From Callorhinchus milii (Eukaryota), in NCBI RefSeq assembly GCF_018977255.1, contig NW_024704768.1:3720001-3784000 (forward strand): a stretch of 64,000 bases of DNA, in the 5' to 3' direction. The position numbers and the translations under genes are program-made. The first letter of the stretch is position 1; the number at the start of each line of letters is the position of its first letter. Of this stretch, positions 33,061-45,716 are shown in pieces. Under the pieces are notes generated by a model. The model had not been told where the DNA came from. It did not search any database and saw only the letters and a program-made list of their open reading frames with translations.

Positions 33061-33167
33061 GTCCACCCCGACAAGAACCCACACCCCAGGTCCGAGGAGG
33101 CGTTTAAGGTAGTGAGAGCGGCTTGGGACATCGTCAGCAATCCCGAGAGGAGGAAGGAGTACGAGAT
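33061..33167 (+). CDS. DNAJC14: DNAJC14 exon with the HPD motif (displaced)
   Basis: tgcag|GTC..AT|gtaagc, 107 bp; VHPDKNPHPRSEEAFKVVRAAWDIVSNPERRKEYE. Confidence 0.9.
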
Positions 33168-33869
33168 GTAAGCAATTCGGATCCCCCGGCAATGTTAGCC
33201 TGTTACACACAGCCACCCGCTTCGCTAAAGGATTGTATTCTGTGAGTGTGTATGTGTGTGAGTGAGTGTTGTGTGTTTGTGTGTGTGTGTGTGTGAGTGA
33301 GTATGTGTGTGTGTGTAAGTGTGCGCGTGAGTGAGTTTGTGTATATGTGTGAGTGAGTGTGTGTGTGAGTGAGTGTGTGTGCGTGAGTGAGTGTGTGAGT
33401 GAGAGTGTGTGTTTGAGTGAGTTTGTGTACATGTGTGAGTGAGTGTGTGTATGTGTGATTGTGTGTGTGAGTGTGTGTGTGTGTATGTGTAAGTGTGTGT
33501 GTGTGAGTGAGTTTGTGTATATGTGAGTGTGTGTGAGTGAGTGTGTGAGTGAGTTTGTGTACATGTGTGAGTGAGTGTGTGTATGTGTGAGTGTGTGTGT
33601 GTGTATGTGTAAGTGTGTGTGTGTGAGTGAGTTTGTGTATATGTGTATGTGTGAGTGAGTGTGTGAGTGAGTGTGTGTGAGTGAGTGTCAGCCTGGCTCA
33701 GTGGTATCACTCTCACAACAACTTTATAAAGCGCCCTTCAGGCCGGGTGGCGTCTCGGAGTGCTTTAAAGTATTTCGCCCAAAGCGCTTCACGCCATACA
33801 CCGCGGAGCGGAGTGACTGTGTATCTTGGGGCGAAACGCCAGTCGCACAGCAGGGTCAATCCCCCCTTC

Positions 33870-33900
<31 letters not shown>

Positions 33901-36132
33901 ACTACACACACACACACACCGTGGGTTGAAGCGACCGATTTATTATTACCGTTTTCTTTTTTAAGGGAATTAATGATTAGCCCAGGAATCCGATCCGACA
34001 GTCCGCGAACAGCCGGGTTCCTGCTCACTACAAGGAGTGCGGAGTAAGGAAACTTGGCTCAAGTGTCGCCCTCTGCCCGGGAATCGAACCTGGGTCCTCT
34101 CTCCTGTGAGGAAGTGCTCTTAGCAACAGGACTCCACTTCCAGAATTCCTCTATATAAACCAGGATTAATCTGCCTTCACCCTGGCTCCTCTCTCTCCCC
34201 CCTTCCCCCCCCCCCCTACACTCTTCTATCCTCGTCGTAATTGTCGGGATGACGTCTCAAAGCACTTGACTTGGCTGGTAGCCTGGCCCGGAGGGGGTTG
34301 GGTGTGTGCTGGGGCGGGCGGCGGGTGGTGGTATGTGGGGTGGGGTGGGGTGGGGTGGAGCGCGCGGGGGGTGGGGGAAGGAAGGAGACAAAAAGTGTGG
34401 TTGCTGAGAGACTTTTCAGATGTTCAATCGATGCGAAACACAAGGTTATTATCAAGTTCTTTTTGGAAACGAAAGGCACTATACAAATGTAATTGTGCTG
34501 TTGATGTTGTTGTTGTTGTATCATGGCCGGTATCTGTCCATCTCCCCTTGTACCCACTCTCTACACTCTCCCCCCCCCTCTCCCCCCCACCCCCACCTCT
34601 CCCTCTCTTGTCTGAGGTTATCTTGTCTGAGGATGATCAGTGTTGTTTGTTTCCAAAACGAATGAGATAGATTTTTGCTCGAAAATAATATCTGGGGGTG
34701 GGGGTGGGAGGGGGGGGGGGCTACAGTGTATAGTTTGGGGACACGACACCTCAAGCGACAGCCAGGATGAAGGGCAGGAGGCGAACTAGATGGACCTTGG
34801 TCTTCTTTCGCTTCATAGCAAATTCTTATGTTCTTATGATGTTGGCGGGTGTGTGTGTGTCTGGGGGGGGGGGGGGGGGGCGGGGAGGAAGGAGGAAGCA
34901 TTAGCAGGGTTGAACCCTGTCCAATCCACCCCCTCAAATCTCACCAGTTCCTTCCCTTTCCCTCCGCACAATAAACTCCAGCTGCTGCTCTGCTCTGCAC
35001 TGACCCGCAGGCTGTTACCATTAACGTGTGTTTCAGTTTCCTCGCGCTCGTCTTCAAATCCCTTCGCGCCCTTCCAACTCCCTACCACTCCCACCTGCTC
35101 ACTCCCCCAACCCACTCCCCGCAGCTTCCGCTTGACTGGCTCCGGCCTCCTGCTTGTCCCTCGTATCAAAACCAAGGTTGTCCCGTCGTCGGTGGCCGCA
35201 CTTTCAGCCACTGCTCTTGTCGCTCTCACCCTCAATCCCTCCGCCTTCCCTCCTCTCTCTCCTTCCTCTTCGACCGTGCCTACGGTCACCTCCCCCTGGC
35301 CCCCCCCGACTCCACCTCTGTCTGGGACGCTGCGTCAATACAAATAATTAATAATACAGAGGTTAAAATAATTATCCTTCAGCCCTTCTGATTTGAGCTT
35401 TACGACTATCTGAACAGGCACAGACAGGGAGCCTGGTTTAATAATAATAATAATTAATAACCCTTGTATTTGATGTAATGCCTTATCACGTCTTCGAGAC
35501 GTCTCAAAGCGCTTCACAGAATGTACTGTAAAGTGTAGTGACTGTATATTTTGTGGGCGAAACGCGGTAGCGCACAGCAGTGTCCCCACAAACACTCGTG
35601 GATTGAGCGACCAAATTATTATTTTAATGTATTTTTAAGGGATTATTGTTATCTTATCCGAAAGACGTAACCTCCGACAATATGGGGACACCCTCCCACC
35701 CCTCATACCCCCCCGACACTTTGCTGGAGCATCAGTACAGACTGTGAGTTCATTGTTGCCGATGTGTGGGTGGGGTGAGGTCAGTCTGGGGGGGGGGGGG
35801 GAGAAGGTGCTCGACCCTGCAAACATCTGACCCCAGAGGCGAGAGCATGAGTGTATAAGCCACAACCTTAAGTTGAAGCTGAACTCGGTTACATACAACA
35901 AGAGAAACAATGGAGCCGGTCACACACATCCACACAGTCACAGACACACGGACACAGACACACACACACACACACACACAGCAAAGGAAGCAATAAACAG
36001 AACAATTAAAGCGAATTAACATTCGCATTGTGTTTGGGATTCTAAATTTAGCGTCGCAGGTCTCATCTCCCTGATATATTCCAGCGACAGGCTATTTCCG
36101 GAAGATCTATGATAACTCTCCCTCCTGCTCCA

Positions 36133-36167
<35 letters not shown>

Positions 36168-37227
36168 CCACTCTGTGACGTGATCCTCACCGCCCACGGC
36201 CCTCCGGGCGACGCGACTCATTTGTGGACGTTGAGCTGTCTTCAGCCGCCCACTCGCTTCTTTCAAGGGACCAAACCGGGGCCCGGAGCAGAAACTCGTT
36301 CATTACACCCAACTTGGGCCGCGTAAAGGTTTCAAAGCACGAGATCTGTGAAGCATAATACGCTGTTTCACTTAATCGTTTAAAACCGTGTCCTTCCCGT
36401 CTGCGTTGGGGCTCAGTAACCGGCGCGGCTCAGTCAGGAGTCCTATCCACAACAGCCCTTCGCATTTGATCACGTCCTCGAGACGGCTCAGAGCGCCTCG
36501 CGGGGCATGCGCCGTAAAGTGTAGTGACTGTGCGTTTAGCGGCGCGGATTGAAGCGGCCAAACCGTCGCCGTCGGCGTTTTTTTTTTTGCCGGCGATTTT
36601 TTTTCTCTTCTTTTTTTTTCTCTCTCTCTCTCTTGCGTTGATGCACACCGCCCGGAAAACGCACAGTCACTACACTTCACGGCGGGATTGGGACCCTTTG
36701 ATCCTCTGATGGGTCAAATCCGAGGGTTATTATTGTTGTTATTGATGATTCTGCAGCTGTCAATCAGACATCCCGCCCCCTCCCCTCCCCCCGCCTCGCG
36801 ATTGGGCGATTGGCCGCTGATTGGCGTTCACGGCGACCAATCAGAACCCGCTGCTGCCCGCACGGGAGGGGGCGTGGTGGGACGGCGGTGGCGTCCGCTG
36901 ATTGGTCGCAGCGGCTGTCAGTCAAACCGAGGGGCGCCGCCCAGGTCTGCTCAGGAGCTCGCCCCGCCCCGCCCAGGTCACGCTCCCATTGGTCGAGGCG
37001 GATCCCAGTCGAGGCCCGGGGCAAGCGCTGATTGGTGCACGGTGCTGTCAGTCAGGGCGTGGAGTCCCCGCCCTGCGAAGGAGCAGCCGCTGATTGGCGA
37101 AGGGGCAGCCGCTGATTGGCGGACGGCGCGGTCAGTCAGGGCGTGAAAGCCCCGCCCTGCGAGGGGCAGCCGCTGATTGGCGGACGGCGCTGTCGGTCAG
37201 GGAGCCGAGCCCCCCCCCCCGCAGCCA

Positions 37228-37338
37228 ATGGCGGGAGGGATGAATGGCCGCCGCGGCTGGTGGCTCCGGGCCCGGGTTGGGCGCTGTACGCGGCGGCCTG
37301 GCTTTCAGGCCTGGTCCTGGCTCAGGCCGCGGCCTCAG
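37228..37338 (+). CDS. NEMP1: NEMP1 exon 1, copy 2 (1-bp deletion, frameshifted)
   Basis: CGCGGCTGG versus CGCGGGCTGG in copy 1; 111 bp instead of 112. Confidence 0.7.
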
Positions 37339-39429
37339 GTAACGACGGTCTCTCCTCCCTCCCTCCCTCCCCGCCGGGCCGGGCCGGGCCCGGGCTTCCC
37401 CCCTTTCCCTCTCTCCCCCAACCCGAGCCCCAGGCTTCAGGAGGTCTCCGAGGCCCGGCCCCTGTCTGCAACATCAGCCCCAATCATTACCATTATAATC
37501 AATAATAATAATAATCATCAATAATAATAATCTTCGAGACGCCTCACATTCCGTGTTGAACTGAGACGTAAGATTCCCCCCACCCACACCCCCCCCCTCC
37601 CACAGCACAGCCCCACCCCCACAGCACACACCACTCACCCCCCCACAGTACACCCCCCCGCACACAACACTCCCCCCCCACAGTACCACCCCCCCACAGT
37701 ACACACCCCCACAGTACACACCCCCACAGTACACCCCCCCCCCCCACAGTACACACCACCCCACAGAACACCCTCCTACAACACACACCACACCCCCCAC
37801 AGCACACACCACTCACCCCCCCCACAGTATACCCCCCACAGTACACACCCCCTCCCCACAGTACACCCCCCCACAGTACACCCCCCTACAACACACACCA
37901 CCCCCCCACAGTACCCCCCCCCACAGTACACACACCCCCCCACAGTACACACACACCCCCCACACACACCCACTCACCCCCCCCCCCCCCCCCCAAAGTA
38001 CACCCCCCTACAACACACACCCCCACAGCACACAACAACGAGATTCCATTTATAAAGCGCCTTTCACGTCAGGAGGACGTCCCGAGGCGCTGACACACCC
38101 CCCCACACCCCACAGCACAGCCACCCCCACGGCACCCCCCCCCCACTCCACACACACACCACACCCCCTTGGAATAATTTACTCCTTCGAATCATAACAT
38201 AACATAATATTTTGCAGTCCTGTAGCTCAGTGGTTAGAGCACTGACCTCACCAGCGGGACACCAGGCAGGTGGGCGAGTTTCCTTACTCCACACACACAG
38301 CCTAATAATAATAATAATAATAATAATCCCCTCCAAAACAAAACAATAATAAATTGGTCATCTTCAATCCACGGCTGTTTGTGGGGCAGACGCTGCTGTG
38401 AGCAATCGGCCGCCGCGTTTCTCCCACAAATATACAGTCAATTCACTGTACAGTCACTGTTCACTGTTCCGTGAAGCGCTTTGAGACGTCGAGAAGACGT
38501 GAAAAGCGCTATATCAAATGCGAGGATTACTATTGTTGTTGTTATATACCGTAATAGCAGTGATTAATCAGTATTGCCTGAAAGGCTGGTGGAAAACGAT
38601 TTGATATCACAAGTTTTAAGGGAGAATTATTTGGGGAGGACAAGTGGGGCTATTGCGGGGAGAGAGAGGGAGGGGGGGGAGAGAGGGGATGGGGGTGATC
38701 AGGGCTACGGGGAGAGAGCGCGGGGGGAGTGGGGTTGATTTGGAAGCTCTATTCAAAGAGCGGCACAGACACGATGGGCCGAATGACCACCTTCTGTGCC
38801 GTATAATTCTATAATTCTGTTCACAGTAAACTCCTGATCAGCTCCAAGGCAAAAGGGGCTTTTTTGGGGGGAACGGGGGGGGGGGGGGGAAATGGCCAAC
38901 CCTGTGTCTTGACACGCGTGCAGAGACCCATCATCACCGTTGCTTAAGAATTTCCAGACCCGGCTGAGAACTCACGCTGAAAGTTCCCAGAGATAGATTG
39001 TCGGAAAGGAATGCCCTCTCTCTCCCTCCCTGGTGACCTGATTCCGGAGGGTATTAGGCGCAGGTTGGCAGGAGCCAAGGGCTTGGGGTGGGGTGGTTGG
39101 GAATCCCAGAGTGTGCGTTAGGGGGTAACTGCTGGAGTCTGACCAGATAAAACCACGTAGGTTGGCCATTGAGAGAGCGAGAGCGCCGTCTGGCCAAAGC
39201 TTTCCCGCTGCTTGGACCACCCTCCCCGTTGGGGCTTTCACTCGCAGGGTTAAAGAGGAGGATTAACGGGAGTCATCAGGACTGGCGGCCGGTATACTGA
39301 CAGCAGGATGACTTAGGCGGCGCTGACGCGTTAAGACGGGGCGCAGCGATCGGGGGGGGGGTTCACTGGAGCTCATCGGTCGGGGTTCAGTTCGCGGCTT
39401 AATTTGCGACCGTTGCTTTCGTGCTGCAG

Positions 39430-39542
39430 GAGGGAGCGCGTCGATCGTGGAGGATGTCGTCTACCAGTATTTTGGGGCAAAGAGCTTTTGCTACAAAAAC
39501 ACCCTGGTGCCCGGATGGAGAGAGATCTGGACTCGGTTACGG
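39430..39542 (+). CDS. NEMP1: NEMP1 exon 2, copy 2
   Basis: Same sequence and boundaries as copy 1. Confidence 0.88.
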
Positions 39543-39855
39543 GTGAGACTGGGGAGGTCACCCCCCCCCCCACCCCCTTCCTCTGGTTCGGGGTCATGCT
39601 CCGCCACAGGCAAGAGTCCTGGGCCGCTCCCCTACGCGAGGGGCGCTGTGTAAATACAAGCCGTTGTCGGTGTGACTTGGGTGGGGGGCGCGTGGGAGGG
39701 TGGGGGTGGGGCTCAGTAAGCATGCCTTGTACTCTAGCGCCCTCTAGTGGAAGGAAGCAGTTACTGCAACCCACTACTCCCACCCCTTCACTTTTGACAC
39801 CATAAATAAATAACTGGATCGATTGATTTGATGATCAAATCTATCGATAATCAGA

Positions 39856-39895
<40 letters not shown>

Positions 39896-39902
39896 TCCCC
39901 AG

Positions 39903-40125
39903 ATCCGAGTGAACAGCTCCCAGGAGTTTAAAGTGAAGGAGTCGGAGGATGTGACACAGCTGCAAAGCCCCGGGGTCTGGGGTTGGTTCACGGAGGTGGT
40001 GTCGTTGATGTTGAAGGAGAGAGTCAACGAAACCCACATCAACGTCGACCTGTTCAGCAGCAAAACCTGCTTCAGAGTGGAGCCGAACAACGCGAGCGCG
40101 GTGTATCGTGTGCTGCTGGCACGCC
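39903..40125 (+). CDS. NEMP1: NEMP1 exon 3, copy 2
   Basis: Same sequence and boundaries as copy 1. Confidence 0.88.
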
Positions 40126-40843
40126 GTGAGTTTCCTGTCAGTAAGATACCGGAGATGATCCCCTTTAAGAGGTTTCATGCCCTGCGATTGAAAGGGGGCG
40201 CGGGGGGGGGGGTGAATTCAGAACCGATCTGGGGAAACACTACTGTGAGGGAGGGTTAAACGTATGGAACAGGCTCCAGCAGAGAGAGTTGATTCTTTCA
40301 AAAGCAAAATGAGATGAATTTTAGGATATTTTGAAATAATCTCTGGGGATTACAGTGTATAGTTCTGGACAGGACATGTGTAGGTGACTGCTAGAATGGT
40401 GGAAAGCGAACTGGATGGACCTTGGTCTTTCGTCTCGCAATTCGCACGCGTTCTGCGTTTCCTGCAGTTGTGTGTCATTGAGCATAGGACATTGGTGCAA
40501 ACAAATGCACACGCACATTCCCTCCTCCTGTGCTCCATCCTAGCCTCTATCCTGATCCCATTAGCTGGTGTTCTGTGCCGCAACTCCTTGTACAAAGTGG
40601 CCTCTGTTGTTCAGATCAATACCATCTCTGTAAAGCGCTTTGAGATGCCTCCTGTGTCAAGTGCTGCAGGAACAGGAGTAAGCCTGTTTCGCGCCATTCT
40701 GTTAGATCAAGGCTGATCTGTGCCTCAACTCCAATTACCCACCTTTGCCCCGTATCCCTTAATACCCTGACCTAACGAAACATCAATCCATTTCGGTCTT
40801 GAAAATGTGAATGGATCCAAGCAAAACCCACAGCCTTTTAGGG

Positions 40844-40874
<31 letters not shown>

Positions 40875-41355
40875 TTCCAGATTTCCGCTACCCAGTATAA
40901 GCGCAAGTAGCTGATTGAATTTGCCTTTAGTTTCACAATATGGGCATCTTTCTTGCTTTGGAATTGAACAGTGTCTCACTTGTTAGGACACAAGTGAAGA
41001 CGTCATATATGCACGAATGCAGCTCTTTGCACTTAAGGCCTCTGCTTAAACGTCTCTCTAGAAATTAGACGTTGAGCTGTCTCAGCACAGACTCAGCCTG
41101 GAACCTTGTCACTGTGCCTCAGCCACTCACTGGATATACCCTCTGATCTGAGGAGGGGGAGAGGAGAACGCCTTTAATTCCTTTTGGTGTGTCCCTCAGT
41201 TGGATTAAGAGAGGCAATTGCTGACCTTTGCAGCCACCGCCACACGCTTTGTCCATCGAGCGAGTTGGTAGCCGTGTTCAGCTGTGTGTTGCCGTGCCTT
41301 GTGGCTGTGAGGGATTCTCGGAGCTAATGTGTGCTGCTCTCTCTCTGGTTTACAG

Positions 41356-41428
41356 GCTTTGATCCGCAACTCATTGCCATCTTTGTCTGTGGGTTGTTGC
41401 TGTTTTTCTACGCCGAAGCTTTAAGCAG
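41356..41428 (+). CDS. NEMP1: NEMP1 exon 4, copy 2
   Basis: Same sequence and boundaries as copy 1. Confidence 0.88.
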
Positions 41429-41735
41429 GTGAGGTTAGACTAATAATAAAAATAATCATTGCATTTGACATAGTGCCTTATCGCGTCTCTGAGACGTCTC
41501 AAATTGCCTCACATGATATACTATAAAGTGTAGTGACTGTGTATTTTGTGGTGAAGGAAATTTTGACACTGTCCCTGATGACCCTCCCCCTCTCTCCCGC
41601 CACCTTCCCACCCCCCCCCTTCCCACCCCCTCCCTTCCCGCCCCACCACCTGCCCCCCGAAGAAAATAACTAGTCTTTGGGGTGGGGGAGGAAGAATCCA
41701 GTGGCCTTCAATCTTGAATCTATCTTTCCCTTCAG

Positions 41736-41829
41736 GAGCCAGCTTTTCTTCTACACCTCAGGAATCAGTGTGGGAATATTGGCCTCCCTCATCATTGTCA
41801 TCTTTATCCTGTCACGCCTTCTGCCCAAG
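41736..41829 (+). CDS. NEMP1: NEMP1 exon 5, copy 2
   Basis: Same sequence and boundaries as copy 1. Confidence 0.88.
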
Positions 41830-41961
41830 GTACGTGTGATCGTTGGTTGTTTCCTCTGTTCGGAGCAGAGAAAGGGAGGTTGTGCATCTGTTCAGTTCCA
41901 CTCGTCACCTTTTAATGAGAAACACCTTTGCTGACTCACTCTCTCCCCCCCCGCCTTTCAG

Positions 41962-42076
41962 AAAAGCTCGCTGTACCTGCTGATAGCTGGCGGCTGGTCT
42001 CTCTCGCTCTACCTAATCCAGGTCACACTGAGGAACCTGCACTTTCTGCTACGGGAGCATTGGCAGTACGTGTTGG
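41962..42076 (+). CDS. NEMP1: NEMP1 exon 6, copy 2
   Basis: Same sequence and boundaries as copy 1; its phase-1 end joins exon 7. Confidence 0.88.
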
Positions 42077-42284
42077 GTGAGTTGATCCCAAATAATAATA
42101 AGGCGCTGGATCCAATGCGAGGATGATTATTGCGCTTTCGAGACGTCTCAAAGCGCTTCACAGGATACACTGCAAAGTGGAGTGACTGTATATTTTGTGG
42201 GGCGAAACGCGGCAGCCAATTGCACCCAGCGACGTCTCGACAAACAGCCGTGGATTGAANNNNNNNNNNNNNNNNNNNNNNNNN

Positions 42285-42997
42285 CCAAAAAATACACAGC
42301 CACTCCACTTTACAGTGAATCCTGACACAAGAATTATTATTATTTACTATAAGCACTGGGACGGGTTTCCGCGCGTGTCAGACACCCGGCTGATCCCCTC
42401 GACCCCCCCCCCCATCTCCCACCCCTCCGGAAAGAAAATCTACTCGTGGTAGATTGCTGCGTCTTGTTGTGACTCCATCCCTCTCTCTCTCCCTGTCTCT
42501 CTCTCGCTCTCTCAGTAAGCGAGCCACAGAGAGCGAGCTGCATCGCTCCATGAACGAGTTCCTCAGCAGACTGCAGGACGACCTGAAGGAAGCCATGAAC
42601 ACCATGATGTGCAGTAAATGCGAAGGCAAGCACAAGTAAGTGAGTGAGTGCTCTCGCTCCCTCTCTCGCCGCCCTCCCTCCGCCTGGTTAAACCTCGCTC
42701 CCGCCACCGGGCGTGGGACACCGCCCCGGCCTGTTATCGTCAACACGTTAACAGTAATTTGGTCGCTCAATCCACGAGTGTTTGTGGGACGCTCGCTGGG
42801 GCAATTGGCCGCGTTTCGCCCACAAATATACAGTCCTACCTTTCAGTAATCCTGTGAAGCGCTTTGAGACGTCTCGAAGACGTGATAAGCGCATGTCAAA
42901 TACAGGATTATTATTATTATTATAACTGTTGTACCCTGGCTGTTGATGATCCCTCGGCCGCTAAATTGTCCTCTTGCGCAGGAAGTTTGAGATGGAC
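42285..42997 (+). repeat. DNAJC14: Extra copy of a DNAJC14 segment (one full exon at 42516-42635 plus 16 bp of the next at 42982-42997) inside NEMP1 intron 6
   Basis: Duplicates 46119-46843; flanked by an N gap on the left and by the resumed SINE on the right. Confidence 0.9.
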
Positions 42998-43293
42998 GTG
43001 ACAAACTTATTATTTTTTTTGAAGGAATTATTACCTCGGGAATAGCGATCCGCCTAATCGACTAACAACCGGGTTCCCTACACACAGCTAGGCAGACAGA
43101 GGCGTGCGTGTGGAGTAAGGAAACTTGTCCAACATTCCGCCCTGTCCGGGAATCGAACCCAGGTCCTCTCAAGTGCTGTAACCTTGAATCTATTTATGCA
43201 CTCTGTGACTGAGACTGAGCTTGACTGTGTGTGTGTGTGTGCGTGTGCGCGTGTGTGTGTGAGTCTTTGTTTATGTGTGTGTTGTTGTCTCAG

Positions 43294-43519
43294 GTTACGT
43301 GATGGTGTCCGGCCTGCTCAGCTTTGCCGTGTGCTACAAATACGGGCCGCTGCAGGAGAAGCGAAGCATCAACCTGCTGAACTGGGGGCTGCAGCTGCTG
43401 GGCTTGGGGCTGATGTACTGCGGGATCCAGGTCCGACAGGTGGCCCTGGTACTGGTAGCCGTCGCCTTCGTCACCAAGCACCTGGAAGTCCCAGTCAGTT
43501 GGACCGTGCTGGCGTACAA
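43294..43519 (+). CDS. NEMP1: NEMP1 exon 7
   Basis: ctcag|GT..AA|gtacgt, 226 bp; YVMVSGLLSFAVCYKYGPLQEKRSINLLNWGLQLLGLGLMYCGIQ. Confidence 0.92.
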
Positions 43520-44196
43520 GTACGTTCGATATCACCCACAGCACTCCCCCACCCACCCCAGAAACTTCCGCAAGCTTAGCCTCAGGCTTCTGGCAGGGAA
43601 GATTTAACAGAGGTCCTCAGTAACAAAGAACTCTGGACTGTCCATCGCCCTGGGGCGTCTTTCCGCCGTGCAGGGCGCTCGCTATACAAGTGTCAGTTGT
43701 TGTTGTTGTTGTGTTCAAAATTATCAGGGGTTTTGTTACACTAAACGACAAAACAACAACTTGTATTTGTACAGCGCCCCCATCGCGCAGGAGAGCGTCT
43801 CGGAGCGCTTGATAGTGCCAGAGTCGGACCCCCGAGCCAGTGGGAGCGGGAGAGAGAGAGACGGCAGGGAGGAGGAGGAGGAGGAGGAGAGTGACCGTAA
43901 GCGCGATCGAAAGGAAGGTCTCTAGGCAGGATTTGAAAGTGGTGGTGGGGCGGGGGTAAGGGAGTGGAGAAAATAAAGAGAAACTGTTTTCGTCGGCGGT
44001 GGGCGGGTGGGTCGGTAACCAGGGGTGTTAGTGTCGGGTGGTGGCAGCTCCCTCTGGTAGCTAAGCCCGTGGAGCTCTCGCGAGAGGCGCCAGCTCGGAT
44101 ATTCTCAGCCCGACGCCTCGTGTAAAGCTCGGGGCGAAACCGGAGCCCATTTCCTGTGTTGTCTAACGTGTTGTTTTTCCTCCTCGCTGACGGCAG

Positions 44197-44370
44197 GCGG
44201 GTGAGTAGGATTCGGTTCAAGCTCGAGCCTCCTGCGCTGCTCACCGAGGAGGAGTATCGTCAGCAAGGGGAGGTAGAGACCCAGCGCGCCCTGGAGGGAC
44301 TGCGCGGGTATTGCAGCAGCCCCGAAATCAATGCCTGGAAAACCGTGTCCCGACTCTCTGCCCCAAAGAG
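44197..44370 (+). CDS. NEMP1: NEMP1 exon 8
   Basis: gcag|G..AG|gtaatg, 174 bp; [45 protein letters not shown]. Confidence 0.93.
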
Positions 44371-44645
44371 GTAATGTCGCTTCCCGAGAGACCGGATGGG
44401 GCGGTGGTGGAAGACTGGGTGGGGCAGCCGTGCCCCCCCCGCCAACGTCCAGCCACATCCCAGTCAAATCACTTTACAGCGTGTCCTGTGAAGCACTTTG
44501 AGACGTCTCGAAGATGTGATGTGGCGCTGTATTCACCCCCACCCCACTCCCCGCTTTAACTTGTTTGATCTTGGGGGTCTGGAGTTTGCGCCCTTGCCCG
44601 CTACCCGTGTTAATGTGGGACCGTCTCTCTCCATCTGGTTTGCAG

Positions 44646-44772
44646 ATTCGCTGACTTCGTGGAAGGACAAGCACACCTGAACCCCAACGAGATCTCGGTG
44701 CACGAGCAGGAGTACGGGCTGGGGGGCACCTACATAGAGGAGCAGATCTTTGACTCCGAGGGAGAGGACTGA
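44646..44772 (+). CDS. NEMP1: NEMP1 exon 9 (terminal)
   Basis: tttgcag|A; [41 protein letters not shown]; the nine exons total 1257 nt (418 aa plus stop). Confidence 0.92.
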
Positions 44773-45511
44773 CCAAGCGGGCCTCGCGAGCAGGAAACGG
44801 GCAGGCTGCGGGCTAGTGCCCCCGAGCCCTCACATCGAGTCAGCTCGACAACAAACCTCGCCATCTTTCGTGTCACTGACTCCCTCAGGGCCATACGCCG
44901 GGTTATTGCGTCGATGGGTTGGCAGAGGCTTCAGTCACTGTGAGGTCATTGTCACCAGCTCTGGTCCGTGAGGCTTGGGACGGTTTGCAACCTGGTAATA
45001 AGTTCCTGTCTCTGCAGAAACTCAACCTACACGTCAGCTCAGTCAGCTGTGACTTTATTTTTTTTTAAAATGATGCAAATGCATATAGATATAGATATAT
45101 ATATATATATATATAAATTTGCACTGTTTTTTCCGAGTGTTCACACTGTAAAATGCAGTGACTGGATTTTGTGGGTGAAACCCGGCAACCAATTGCGCAC
45201 AGCGGCGTCCCCGTTTAGATTTCTCCTCCTGTGCGCGTGTCGAGCATCTATGCAAAGGGTTTAAAAGGCCATTAGGGCTCCTCTTAAACCGTGACTGAAG
45301 TTTAAGGTGAACCTTTTTTTGGTCGGCTTTGGTTCTGTCTCTATCGTGGATTTGCTTTCTTAACGAGGAGCAGCTCCAGCGAGATTCCAGACTGCAGTTG
45401 AGCCGCGTTACTGCGCCAGAGACCGCAAAGGCTGTCGAATGTAACCGTAATATCCTCACGTATTAAAATGTCCCCCCCCAAAAAAAATGCTGGAAATCTG
45501 AAATAAAAGCA

Positions 45512-45716
45512 GAAGTGGCTGGGAACGCTCGGCAGGTCAGGCAGCATCTACGGAGGGAGGAAAGCGAGTCAACATTTCAGGTCGGTGACCTCTGGTCAGA
45601 GGGAAAAACGTGTAACACAGCAAAGTTCTGACGAAAGGTTCATCGACCATAAGCCTGGACTCGCTTTCCTCACTTCACAGATGCTGCCTGACCTGCCGCG
45701 CGTTCCCAGCCACTTC
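45512..45716. mobile_element. Palindromic MITE-like element (long inverted repeat)
   Basis: GAAGTGGCTGGGAACG.CGGCAGGTCAGGCAGCATCT pairs with AGATGCTGCCTGACCTGCCG.CGTTCCCAGCCACTTC; inner arms are imperfect. Confidence 0.75.

Larger units (their letters stand above)
33779..42259 (+). repeat. Segmental duplication copy 2
   Basis: Direct repeat of 24475-32781; ends at the N gap starting at 42260. Confidence 0.95.

Noticed and set aside
32484-33167. NEMP1-DNAJC14 fusion gene as a novel nuclear-envelope J-protein
   Set aside because: An in-frame stop and no convincing acceptor precede the J fragment, the splice phase mismatches the HPD exon, and the breakpoints re-join through split SINEs, indicating mis-assembly
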